A stretch of DNA of 64,000 nt from a virus (lineage: Duplodnaviria; Caudoviricetes): the IMG/VR virus record IMGVR_UViG_3300042013_000067, positions 192,001 to 256,000 of that record. One strand, given 5' to 3'. The notes beneath the pieces are model-generated. The model ran no database searches and was not told the origin of the DNA. It was given only the letters and a program-made list of their open reading frames with translations. The translations under genes were made by a program, and so were the position numbers. Below, piece by piece: positions 9,510 to 18,485 of this stretch (its first letter is position 1; every line of letters starts with the position of its first letter).

Positions 9510-10934
9510 ATGCGTCAGCTACTTGACCTCATGCAAGATATCCTCGACAACGGGGAACACAAAGACGACCGTACTCAGACTGGCACACTGTCGGTCTTTG
9601 GCCGAATGATGCGTTTCGATATTTCCGGCTTCAAGATACCTTGGGTTACTACCAAGTACGGTCATCCGGAAAGCATCATCCGTGAGCTGAAACTGTTCGT
9701 GAGTGGCACCGGTGAGATTGACTATCTCGCTCAGCACAACATCACCATCTGGGACGAGTGGGTTAAACAAAAATCTCGCGTCTACGCCACATTGACGGTG
9801 GCTGAGCGCTTGGCCAAGGTCAAGAAGAAAGATCGTGAAGCCGTTAACGCCGCTTTCGATCTGTTCCGTGAATCCCTCTACTCGGAAGACGAGGTTGCTG
9901 GTTGGGAACTCATGCCGTTGACTGGCAAGTACCGTGCGCCTGACATCAACGAGCATCTGCACAAGTGGATCGACGAGAACACCGAAGTGTCCCGTCAGAA
10001 GCTGGTCAAGGGTACGCTCGGTGGTGTGTATGGTGTGCAGTGGCGTAACTGGCCGGTCTCGAAAGAAACCCGTTCGTTGTCGCGCCGTAGTGCAGGTCGT
10101 GCGGTGGAAGCGATTGGTCAGTTCGACGAGATCAAGTCGCGCTTTGCTGATCCAACCGACTTCGATCTGTGGCTGCTCAAGGCCACTGGTTCTGAAGTCA
10201 TTACCCCAGAGACTGACGTCGATGACGGCGTGATCGCGGGTTGGTTGGTTGAACACGGTTATGCCCTGACTGAAGACATCACGGTCAGTTCCATCGATCA
10301 GATCGCCAAGGCTATCTACAAGCTGAAGAACGATCCGAACAGCCGTAGCATTATCGTTTCGGCTTGGAACCCGGCTGAACTGGCAGACATGGCTCTGGAG
10401 CCATGCCATACGTTGTTCCAGTTCTACAGTAACAATCTGAACAAGCGTCAGTTGGTGGATGTGATCTGGCGTTCGCCGCTGTTGCGTGTGGCGCTGATGC
10501 AGCTGTTGCCTCCAAACGAAACCGAGCGTGACTATGCGAAAGACGATCTGATCGCTCTGGACATGTCCGTACTGCGTGATTGGGCTGCTGATAAAGGCCT
10601 GCCTACCCGTGGTCTGAGCTGCTCGCTCTATCAAAGATCGGCGGATGTGTTCCTCGGCGTTCCGTTTAACATCTCCAGCTATTCGCTGCTGACCAAGATG
10701 TTTGCTCAGGTCGTGAACATGGAGCCGCTGGAGTTCATCTGGACCGGTGGTGACGTCCACATCTACAACAACCACATGGACCAGGTCAAGCTGCAACTGT
10801 CGCGTGAACCGAAGGAAGGTCCTTCGATTCTGCTAAACGCAGAAGTGACTGAGATCGATCAGTTCGAGTACAAAGACTTCGAGTTGGTCAACTACACCTA
10901 TCACCCGTCTATTCCCGCTCCAAAGGCGGTATAA
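9510..10934 (+). CDS. thyA: thymidylate synthase (ThyA type, enlarged by three insertions)
   Basis: DDRTQTGT, IWDEW, VYGVQWR, IDQI, SAWNP, PCH..FQF, YQRSAD.FLGVPFN, GDVHIY. Confidence 0.96.
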   Translation: MRQLLDLMQDILDNGEHKDDRTQTGTLSVFGRMMRFDISGFKIPWVTTKYGHPESIIRELKLFVSGTGEIDYLAQHNITIWDEWVKQKSRVYATLTVAERLAKVKKKDREAVNAAFDLFRESLYSEDEVAGWELMPLTGKYRAPDINEHLHKWIDENTEVSRQKLVKGTLGGVYGVQWRNWPVSKETRSLSRRSAGRAVEAIGQFDEIKSRFADPTDFDLWLLKATGSEVITPETDVDDGVIAGWLVEHGYALTEDITVSSIDQIAKAIYKLKNDPNSRSIIVSAWNPAELADMALEPCHTLFQFYSNNLNKRQLVDVIWRSPLLRVALMQLLPPNETERDYAKDDLIALDMSVLRDWAADKGLPTRGLSCSLYQRSADVFLGVPFNISSYSLLTKMFAQVVNMEPLEFIWTGGDVHIYNNHMDQVKLQLSREPKEGPSILLNAEVTEIDQFEYKDFELVNYTYHPSIPAPKAV

Positions 10935-10943
10935 CCGGTAAGG

Positions 10944-10975
10944 CGTCAGGGGTTCGCCCCTGACGTTTTTCTTTT
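10944..10975 (+). terminator. rho-independent terminator
   Basis: CGTCAGGGG-ttcg-CCCCTGACG followed by a U-tract. Confidence 0.85.
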
Positions 10976-10997
10976 ATTTCGTCTATGAGGTTACAAC

Positions 10998-11318
10998 ATG
11001 GAAATTTCCATTAAGTTACCCGACCCACTCCAGATCGTCAGAGAAGGACTGCTCGAAGAATTAATCAATACAGCTCGTTTCAGTTCCGACTGGGTAATGA
11101 GCAATAAGGAACTCCCCGATGACGTCCGTGAGTTGGTACACTACACGGCTGTTACTGCGGTCAGTAACGTGCTAGACGTTCTAGATGGCAACACGGATCA
11201 GGGACGGTATATACTACTGCCCATGAGTGTGGTCACGGATTTTACCAATGATGTCCCGACTATGACCGGTAACTTGTCGGAAGCCTTCTATGATCTCTAC
11301 GAGCGTATCAACAACTGA
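10998..11318 (+). CDS. family-X paralogue 1 (unknown function)
   Basis: PDPL..R N-terminus, VLDVLDG, YILLP, GNL....YERINN. Confidence 0.85.
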   Translation: MEISIKLPDPLQIVREGLLEELINTARFSSDWVMSNKELPDDVRELVHYTAVTAVSNVLDVLDGNTDQGRYILLPMSVVTDFTNDVPTMTGNLSEAFYDLYERINN

Positions 11319-11326
11319 GGTGTGTC

Positions 11327-11668
11327 ATGCAGGTATACATCGATATCCCTGATCCACTGGACCGATACCGCAAGAAGTTGGTATCACAGATCGCCGATGC
11401 CACTGAAACAGTGGTTGAACGATTGGCACCACTGCCTGAGTCACACGAGCGTGAACTGGTACGTAATGCGGTAACCCACGCTACCAACGCAGTACTGCAA
11501 GTGTTGGACGGTGGGCAAGAGCTCCTTAGTCCGAGTTATGCACCGGGCTATGTGGTACTACCTGTGTCCATGGTTAAGTGTGAAGGTGAACGTCCTAACC
11601 TCGCCGGTGGATTATCCGAGGTATACATGGACCTCTTCGAATACGTCAACGATGGTGATGACGAATGA
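11327..11668 (+). CDS. family-X paralogue 2
   Basis: PDPL..R, VLQVLDG, YVVLP, NLAGGL...FEYVND. Confidence 0.85.
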   Translation: MQVYIDIPDPLDRYRKKLVSQIADATETVVERLAPLPESHERELVRNAVTHATNAVLQVLDGGQELLSPSYAPGYVVLPVSMVKCEGERPNLAGGLSEVYMDLFEYVNDGDDE

Positions 11669-11985
11669 ACCTACGGATTAACTTCCCTGATCCGCTACAC
11701 CAAGCACGGATGCATTTCATCGACGAGGTCTTGGACATTCGTGATGGTGCCATCCAACTGGCCGCAGCGGGTGGTATGGATGGTGAGTACCTAGGCCATG
11801 CTACTTTACTGCTCAACCACACCATCGAAAACATCCTGACTGTAATCGACGGCAACCCAAAGCAGGGTAGCGGTTACTTGATGGTTCCTAACTTCATGAT
11901 CGAGGAGGGTCAGACTTTCCACAACATGGCTGGCGACTTGGCGCAGTGTTTTAATTCACTGTTCGATGTGATCAATTTGAGGTGA
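11665..11985 (+). CDS. family-X paralogue 3
   Basis: PDPL..R, ILTVIDG, YLMVP, NMAGDL...FDVIN. Confidence 0.85.
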   Translation: MNLRINFPDPLHQARMHFIDEVLDIRDGAIQLAAAGGMDGEYLGHATLLLNHTIENILTVIDGNPKQGSGYLMVPNFMIEEGQTFHNMAGDLAQCFNSLFDVINLR

Positions 11986-11988
11986 TGT

Positions 11989-12318
11989 ATGGAAAAAGAA
12001 TCCCCACTGGGTATGGCTATTAACAAGGCGGCTGAACGAGCCACCGGTGAGCCAGACCAGATGCATGATCGGCGGGTGGATTTGATTGCCGCTGCTCTCG
12101 ATGTACGGGATGATGTCTACGAAGACGTCATGTTGCAATTCCCACCCGAGCTGCACGAGCCTGTTTGGAAAGCAATCACCGCGGGTGTCGGTGGCACCTT
12201 AGGTATTCTCGACAAGGACTATCTGGTCCTACCGAAGGAGTACCGCGAAGGTGATGTGAATATGGCGGGTGATCTCAAGCAGATCTTCTCCACGATTTAT
12301 GACGACATCAATACCTGA
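11989..12318 (+). CDS. family-X paralogue 4
   Basis: PDQM..R, LGILD, YLVLP, NMAGDL...YDDINT. Confidence 0.85.
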   Translation: MEKESPLGMAINKAAERATGEPDQMHDRRVDLIAAALDVRDDVYEDVMLQFPPELHEPVWKAITAGVGGTLGILDKDYLVLPKEYREGDVNMAGDLKQIFSTIYDDINT

Positions 12319-12365
12319 CGGCATAAGCCTGCCCTATGGGGCAGGCGTTATGTTCTTTTCTTTTA
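12318..12365 (+). terminator. nested-palindrome terminator
   Basis: ACGGCATAA-GCCTGCCC-tatg-GGGCAGGC-gTTATG plus U-tract. Confidence 0.8.
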
Positions 12366-12420
12366 TGCAGTTTGTTTAACATTTATATCATCCCCGTGTA
12401 TCTAACCAAGGAGTTACTCC

Positions 12421-13023
12421 ATGACTATTGCAGAGTTGCGTGATCGTCTCATCAGCAAGATGGGTGCGGTATACCGCTGTAATGATGGTGCACATCAGAT
12501 TCAGCATTTTAATGCAGTTGAGGTGTGTGGTAATGAAATCAACAATCGCTTGAAGTTGGGGTTTGATCCGAAGCTGATAATGTTGGTTGCGTATCTGCAT
12601 GACATGTTTGCGTGGTCGCGGGTCAATCACCACTTGCTGAGCTCGGAGTTTGTACGCACTACGGATTTTGAGCTGTTGGCAGATCTGACTGATGTACAGC
12701 GTTCGATGGTAGCGGCGGGTTGTAAAGAACATCGTGCTTCTTTTACGGGTGAGTTCAGCTGGGCATTCAGTGAGCTGATGAATGCGGCTGATCGTGAACT
12801 GCCTGGGAATGTATCTGCCATGTTGGAGCGTGCGATTCAGTATCGCGTCGATAACCTAGGTTGGACTGATTCGGAAGAATCACGTGCTGCGGTATATGAC
12901 GATGCAGTAGCCCATATCAAAGAGAAGTTTGGTGACGGTGGGTATGCTCGCTATCCAAAAATGTATCTGGAATGCTTTGCTCCTGAATTGGAACAACAGC
13001 GCATCGATATCGCTAACTTGTAA
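12421..13023 (+). CDS. HD-domain metal-dependent phosphohydrolase
   Basis: H...H, AYLHD, HH, EHRAS, AADR motifs; AAGGAG RBS. Confidence 0.85.
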   Translation: MTIAELRDRLISKMGAVYRCNDGAHQIQHFNAVEVCGNEINNRLKLGFDPKLIMLVAYLHDMFAWSRVNHHLLSSEFVRTTDFELLADLTDVQRSMVAAGCKEHRASFTGEFSWAFSELMNAADRELPGNVSAMLERAIQYRVDNLGWTDSEESRAAVYDDAVAHIKEKFGDGGYARYPKMYLECFAPELEQQRIDIANL

Positions 13024-13039
13024 GGAGGTATATGTAACC

Positions 13040-13387
13040 ATGCGCCCAGTATCTTACGAAGTAAACCAGAAACATGTTGACGAACCTATACCGGGTGATT
13101 ACTGGGACGAGATGTTGGTGCTCTACCACGTGGTGCTTAAGGTACTGCCTAACGGCAATCGGGTTATCGCCGAGCGGGATCGTACTGTGACTGACGGTCA
13201 GCGTCCTGATCTATCCCAAGCTTTCGAGATCACTAAAGCAGACCATCGTAAGAAGGTTACTTACAGCGTCGATAAGCTCGGTTTCGTGGCTTGTGTCACC
13301 ACAGGCAACAAAATAGCGCTAGGTTGGATTACCGAATGGGCTACTGAGTTCGGTGGCCGTTATAAAGAGCTGGCTACTTCAGAATAA
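13040..13387 (+). CDS. hypothetical protein (homologous to the N-terminal domain of 31992..32864)
   Basis: AAGGAGG RBS region; NQ.H...P.PGD.W.E....VV..VL.NGN motif. Confidence 0.8.
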   Translation: MRPVSYEVNQKHVDEPIPGDYWDEMLVLYHVVLKVLPNGNRVIAERDRTVTDGQRPDLSQAFEITKADHRKKVTYSVDKLGFVACVTTGNKIALGWITEWATEFGGRYKELATSE

Positions 13388-13467
13388 CCCTACTTGAGTG
13401 TCACATCTGTGTGGCTACCTATTTGGGGTAGCCGCTTTGTACCACCACTAGCTGAGGCTAATTGTAA

Positions 13468-14292
13468 ATGCAATCCATGGTCGAGAATCCGGTCTACATC
13501 CGCATGAAAGCGGCAATCGTACAACTCACCGAATACAAGCAGGCCACCGGTTATCTACTGGTGCCTATGATGGAACTCCCAATTCAGCTGGAACACCCAG
13601 ACCCTATCCGTGGTTGGCGTAACCGTGAAGCGGGTATGGTCAGTATCCGTAACTCCCACAGCTGGTTTGGTGAGGTCTCAGTTATCCAGCACGACAACGT
13701 GCCCCGGATAATGATCGAGGATTGGACTAAACTACCACGCCCTGGGGTAGATGCCACCTTTGAAGAGCGCGACTTCCGAGTTAAGTTCCTCAAGCCATAC
13801 CGGACACATGGCACCACTGGTTCTGAAGTGGCCATGCGCATAATGCGGCATATCGGTAAGGGGTTGGAAGCAGATGGTTATCTACTGCACCACCGCTATA
13901 TCGACAACGGTCCTGCACGCTCACCCGATCGCCGGATCACACTGGCATTAATCAACATGGAAACCAACCATTTGGTCTACGTCACGGCGAACATCATCGA
14001 CCCGGACTGGCAGGATCCAAACCTAGCCCCCTTCCGTGTTAAGGGCATGCGTTACAAGTCCATCGAAAATCAACAGTTCCCACCGGTGACTGCAGATCAA
14101 CTGGATCTGTTCTTGAACGAGCAACTGGGTGCTGCAGCGTATCGTTCGGACGATGCCTTCCGTAGTAAGTTGTCGGAGCTCCAAGCCGAAGGTTGGACTA
14201 TCCATGCCTTAGGTCGTGATGACCGACACCACAAAATGGTTTTAGTTGACCCCGATAGGCAAAAAGCGAAGATTCTGTTCCACCGCATATAA
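13468..14292 (+). CDS. hypothetical protein
   Basis: 274 aa ORF ending at a terminator. Confidence 0.8.
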   Translation: MQSMVENPVYIRMKAAIVQLTEYKQATGYLLVPMMELPIQLEHPDPIRGWRNREAGMVSIRNSHSWFGEVSVIQHDNVPRIMIEDWTKLPRPGVDATFEERDFRVKFLKPYRTHGTTGSEVAMRIMRHIGKGLEADGYLLHHRYIDNGPARSPDRRITLALINMETNHLVYVTANIIDPDWQDPNLAPFRVKGMRYKSIENQQFPPVTADQLDLFLNEQLGAAAYRSDDAFRSKLSELQAEGWTIHALGRDDRHHKMVLVDPDRQKAKILFHRI

Positions 14293-14338
14293 CGGCATAG
14301 ACAGGGAGCTACGGCTCCCTGCTCTTATTTCTTTTTTG
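14292..14338 (+). terminator. nested-palindrome terminator
   Basis: ACGGCATAG-a-CAGGGAGC-tacg-GCTCCCTG-ctcTTAT plus U-tract. Confidence 0.8.
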
Positions 14339-14354
14339 TTAGTTGAGTTTGTTT

Positions 14355-14885
14355 ATGAATTTCGATGACGCCTGCAAGAAATGTCCACCGGGTTACTCTA
14401 TCAAATCCCGTAACTGTGGCTGGAACGAGCATTACTGTCAATACGGTCGTGACCAGAAAGGTAACCTGTATTGGACAGCGGGTGGTACGGTCGGTGGCCA
14501 CCTTACTCCAAAAGATACCGTATCGGCACGGAATGGCGGTACTGATTACGAGATTTATAACTGGGGTCAGCGCGAACCTGCAACCAACTTACCTACTTTT
14601 GAGGAAGCATCTGAGCAGATTCGACTCAACTCAGTGGAGACCCATCGTAATACGCTGATTAATAAGATCCATGAAACAGTCACTACTAGGATGCAAGACA
14701 GTATTACCGCTGGTGTAGATCCGACAGTAGCCCAAAGTTTAGTCTACGGCACTACACGGGACATCCTTGGTCTGCTCGACACTAAAGTCCGGTTCGAACC
14801 AGTCTATACGGTATCCAGAAACAAGTATGCTGCGCCAAATTTGGCGGGTGGTTTGCTGGACCTGTTTGACAAGATCAATGGTTGA
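14355..14885 (+). CDS. hypothetical protein with C-terminal family-X domain
   Basis: C-terminus ILGLLD...NLAGGLLDLFDKING. Confidence 0.75.
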   Translation: MNFDDACKKCPPGYSIKSRNCGWNEHYCQYGRDQKGNLYWTAGGTVGGHLTPKDTVSARNGGTDYEIYNWGQREPATNLPTFEEASEQIRLNSVETHRNTLINKIHETVTTRMQDSITAGVDPTVAQSLVYGTTRDILGLLDTKVRFEPVYTVSRNKYAAPNLAGGLLDLFDKING

Positions 14886-14978
14886 TTCCAGTGTTCCGAA
14901 AACCTATATAACGGGCATGATGTACCCCTGCGGTCAGAGGCCTTTAAGGCATCCATAAACAGAAGAAAAGGAATAGTC

Positions 14979-16187
14979 ATGTCCGAAAACATCATTCGCT
15001 CCGAGATGATCGGCGGTTACCAGATGACTCCGAAAGCGGCACCCACTGGTGGTGGTCGAATCAACCCAATGCGCAGCTATGGCGAATCTGAGACACGTGG
15101 GTCCCTCTTTAGCCCCATGGGTAAACTCAACTCAGAGATGGGTATCAATAGCGAAGACACCCTCAATCCGACCGGTATGCAACCACAAGGCTACCACTCT
15201 GTCTTTAACGCCGATCAGTTCATTGAACGGCATGGCTTGGACGCCTCTAAGTGGGCTGCTCCCAATGGTCATGAAGTGGGTGTAAATTCGTTCGGTGAAA
15301 TAGAAGCTCGTGTCAATGCGAATGGGTATTATGCTTTCGATCCCGAGACGGTGTCGGCTGCACGTGCGGTCATTGAACAGAGAGGTAGTCTGCATGAGGC
15401 TGAATACTTCAACCGAAAGCTGGCGCTATCCGGATATAACGCCGATTTTGACGGTAACGCACTAAGCGGTCCAGTAGAAGAACCAGAGCGTCGTATTCCA
15501 CGTTTCATCTTTGAACCGGATACGATACTCTACCAAGAGATCGATAAGGTTACAGTCAAGCTACGGTTGCCTTATCCACAGTGTGTCTTCATTCAACAAC
15601 CTGCGTTAGTCGGTTATGACGTAGCAGCCATGAATGACATCACGGACGAGATCAAGGCTATTGAACTGTCAGCTACCAAGATCCTGTTCAGCTGTATCTA
15701 CAAGGGTCGTGACTTTCTGGTTCAGGTCAATCAGTTCCGTAATAAGGACGATGACGACAAAGTCTTCTACAAAACGTTCTTGGCTCAGGGACCTGATAAG
15801 CTGTTGGATCGTGATGCATCTGAGTGGCAGTACAAGGACCAGATCTTTGCATTCATTGCTCCGATCTACGCATTCCTCGAAGGCTTAGCGGTTGGCGTGT
15901 ATTCCCTCAAGCGTGAGGGTGCACGGGATATCTCGGATAAGACCCCACCGAAGGCTAAAGAGGGGATTACGTTTAAAGTACTGCGGATGATCCCAGACCA
16001 ACCATCGCAAGAGTATATCCCTAAAGGTGGCACACATGCTTCTCCACGGGAGCATGAGCGTCGGGCTTATACCCGAATCGGATCTAACGGTAAAGTCCAA
16101 CACATTCCAGCCACTACGGTGAACAAAGGTAAAACACCCGGTGGTTTGGTTATCAAAGATTACAACATCAAGGATCCAAAGAAATGA
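14979..16187 (+). CDS. hypothetical protein with C-terminal HASPREH.RR motif
   Basis: 402 aa, AAGGA RBS; C-terminal GGTHASPREHERRAY..G..KDY motif recalled from phage hypothetical proteins. Confidence 0.85.
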   Translation: MSENIIRSEMIGGYQMTPKAAPTGGGRINPMRSYGESETRGSLFSPMGKLNSEMGINSEDTLNPTGMQPQGYHSVFNADQFIERHGLDASKWAAPNGHEVGVNSFGEIEARVNANGYYAFDPETVSAARAVIEQRGSLHEAEYFNRKLALSGYNADFDGNALSGPVEEPERRIPRFIFEPDTILYQEIDKVTVKLRLPYPQCVFIQQPALVGYDVAAMNDITDEIKAIELSATKILFSCIYKGRDFLVQVNQFRNKDDDDKVFYKTFLAQGPDKLLDRDASEWQYKDQIFAFIAPIYAFLEGLAVGVYSLKREGARDISDKTPPKAKEGITFKVLRMIPDQPSQEYIPKGGTHASPREHERRAYTRIGSNGKVQHIPATTVNKGKTPGGLVIKDYNIKDPKK

Positions 16188-16972
16188 GTGTTCATGTAGC
16201 CCCCAAACCCGGTACTCGGGCGTTCATCGATTTTGAATTCAACGGTCGCAATGGCGCGATTATCTCCGCTGCTATCGTTACCGATACTGGGCAGGAATGG
16301 TACGAGGTAATGGAATACGACACTGCTACCCTCGTGCCATGGGTTGCTGAGCACGTCATCCCTGTGTTGAACAAGGAACCAATTGCACCACTGGCTTTCT
16401 ATGCCTCGTTTGCCGAGTTCTTGCGGTCGTACGGCTACGTGGAGTTCTACTTCAACGCGCACGCTGATCAACGCTATCTGAGTGAGCTGCTGGCTACGGT
16501 TGAAGATGCCCCACTACACCGTTGCATCCGTGATGGCCACATGTTTGCGGGTCATTCGTTAACCCCGCACAACGCACTGGCCGATGCTCGGGCTATCGTG
16601 GAATACATCTGCGGTAGCGCTGAGCCAAACGTAGCTATCCCAGAAGGCCCTACTTCACGGGATCTGTTCGTGGCGTTGTGGAAACAAGGTCATCGTTTCG
16701 ATGCTCGGGACGTGGTGGTGTCGCTGGAGTCTGTTACTTCTTACGAAGATCAGCCATACAGCCATATGCAACTGGCTAAACTCGAAGCATACAGAGCAGG
16801 TATGAGCATCATGGAGTTCATGCACGGTAAGGGCGCCAAGAGTGGTGACCGTGTATTTTGCGAAGGGCGGATTCGTGTACTACCTCGTCGCACGAAGAGC
16901 AACGCCCAGATCGTACCCCTCCAGGGTCAGTTATTGGTCCCGTTCTACTTCTATCGTCAAAAAGGAATCTAA
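16184..16972 (+). CDS. DEDDh 3'-5' exo(ribo)nuclease-like protein with a C-terminal extra domain
   Basis: FIDFEF, WVAEHVIP.L, AD.RYL, HNALADAR. Confidence 0.75.
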   Translation: MSVHVAPKPGTRAFIDFEFNGRNGAIISAAIVTDTGQEWYEVMEYDTATLVPWVAEHVIPVLNKEPIAPLAFYASFAEFLRSYGYVEFYFNAHADQRYLSELLATVEDAPLHRCIRDGHMFAGHSLTPHNALADARAIVEYICGSAEPNVAIPEGPTSRDLFVALWKQGHRFDARDVVVSLESVTSYEDQPYSHMQLAKLEAYRAGMSIMEFMHGKGAKSGDRVFCEGRIRVLPRRTKSNAQIVPLQGQLLVPFYFYRQKGI

Positions 16973-16975
16973 GGA

Positions 16976-17629
16976 ATGATCTTCTCTCGTGCTGTCCCAG
17001 TTGGTCGTGTTGAGTTCCCTGAGTTCACCGGTATGCAGCTCCATATGCGTAGCATCAACACCTCATGGTCACGCGATCGTGGTCACTATGTCGAAGGCGT
17101 ACCTGAACAGTATCACGACATGGTCGCACTGATGCTCACCCAAGCAACGGCGGACTATAGGCTCACCAACAATAAAGTGCCTTATGGTGAACTGTATCTG
17201 ACCATCGATGAGCGCGATATCCCGGCTGGTGAAACGCATCGTCGTGGTGGCGTACACTACGACGGGGCATATTTTGTTATCCAGCATAAGGACTCCCGGT
17301 GGAACACCATTAACCGCAGTGAAGTAACGCAGGGCGCGGGTATGATCATTGCCGCTAGCCATCAGGCCAGTCATGGCTGGCGCGGTGAGTTGCCGGGTGT
17401 GGCCGGTCCAGGTGGCGATTGCGATCATCTGCGTGCTCAACTATCGGACTTGGAACGTTTCTATCTAGAAGCGAATACTGTCTATCACGGTAATGCTACG
17501 TTCCTCCATGAATCACTGCCCGTGGCTGAACCTACCCGTCGTCAACTGGTGCGTATTACATATTCGAATCCTTTCCTAGGGTTAAACCCACGCGTCGCCG
17601 ATTGGTGTGCATCGGCGCCATTGAAGTAA
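16976..17629 (+). CDS. 2OG-Fe(II) dioxygenase-like protein
   Basis: RRGGVHYDG (HxD), FLHES (distal His), RRQLVR (2OG-binding Arg). Confidence 0.65.
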   Translation: MIFSRAVPVGRVEFPEFTGMQLHMRSINTSWSRDRGHYVEGVPEQYHDMVALMLTQATADYRLTNNKVPYGELYLTIDERDIPAGETHRRGGVHYDGAYFVIQHKDSRWNTINRSEVTQGAGMIIAASHQASHGWRGELPGVAGPGGDCDHLRAQLSDLERFYLEANTVYHGNATFLHESLPVAEPTRRQLVRITYSNPFLGLNPRVADWCASAPLK

Positions 17630-17637
17630 ACGCAACT

Positions 17638-17670
17638 AGGGCTTCTACGGAAGCCCTTTTCTATTCGGTC
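17638..17670 (+). terminator. stem-loop terminator
   Basis: AGGGCTTC-tacg-GAAGCCCT-TTTCTATTCGG. Confidence 0.75.
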
Positions 17671-17686
17671 TTGAGGAACAAATAAA

Positions 17687-18109
17687 ATGACTCTGGACGA
17701 GCTGATCCAGCGCGGCGTGCATACTCGCAATGACGGTAATTTCCTACGTAGTGGTGGAATGACTGTGGGGGAAGATACCTTCGACATCCTCCGCGCATTC
17801 GTCGAAGCATCAGCTGCGCACCGTGTGGTGTGGTTTGCTGGGGCTCGGGTACGACAACGTTTTCTGAATCGTGAATACCTTGGGAGTCCTCGCGAATTCA
17901 AGCGGGCTGCTGGGGATGGCGATGACACCATCATTGGTCAATTGCGTTATGGCGATGTCTATGGTTTTACGGATGAGATCAAGTGGCATCCTGAGACGCT
18001 GATCGCTGTGGCCCTCGACCGTAACAACAATGTTCGGGCTTATACTGGAGTCCGGATCAACATAGACTTGGAAGAACATCCATGCACCCACATGAAGTCG
18101 GTGAAGTAA
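17687..18109 (+). CDS. hypothetical protein
   Basis: GAGGA RBS, 140 aa. Confidence 0.75.
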   Translation: MTLDELIQRGVHTRNDGNFLRSGGMTVGEDTFDILRAFVEASAAHRVVWFAGARVRQRFLNREYLGSPREFKRAAGDGDDTIIGQLRYGDVYGFTDEIKWHPETLIAVALDRNNNVRAYTGVRINIDLEEHPCTHMKSVK

Positions 18110-18477
18110 ATCGCGCGGTAATAACCCATTACGTAGACGGTGTGGATATCCCCTCTCGTTTCGACATCCTCGAACGTTTTGCTGTGATCATGTCCACTGA
18201 CGTTCGAGAGATCGATGCCAGTCGTGCGGATGGTTACTTTACTTTGATGGAGAACAACCTGCAGGTCGGTGTGTGGTTTTTCACTATTATTGACGGTCTG
18301 TTGGGTTCGCAGCGATCCCATCTGGCTAACTGGGAAGCGATGTTTCGTGACCTACATGCACAACTGCAACCTTACATGCATACCGATGTCCAGTTAGGTC
18401 GGTGTGTGATTCGTACGGGTTGTGCACCGCATCTGGTCAAGCCTGAAGACAAGATGGGCGCCATTACTTTATTCTGA
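18082..18477 (+). CDS. hypothetical protein
   Basis: 131 aa, in operon. Confidence 0.7.
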   Translation: MHPHEVGEVNRAVITHYVDGVDIPSRFDILERFAVIMSTDVREIDASRADGYFTLMENNLQVGVWFFTIIDGLLGSQRSHLANWEAMFRDLHAQLQPYMHTDVQLGRCVIRTGCAPHLVKPEDKMGAITLF

Positions 18478-18485
18478 GGTGTTGC

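Noticed and set aside
9519-10796. 425-aa - strand ORF
   Set aside because: Antisense shadow of thyA; no RBS or recognisable motifs; expected from codon bias
9510-10934. thyA insertions as inteins or introns, or ThyA as a dCMP hydroxymethylase for modified DNA
   Set aside because: No C/S...HN splice motifs or LAGLIDADG motifs; the frame is continuous; the PFN Asn indicates dUMP specificity
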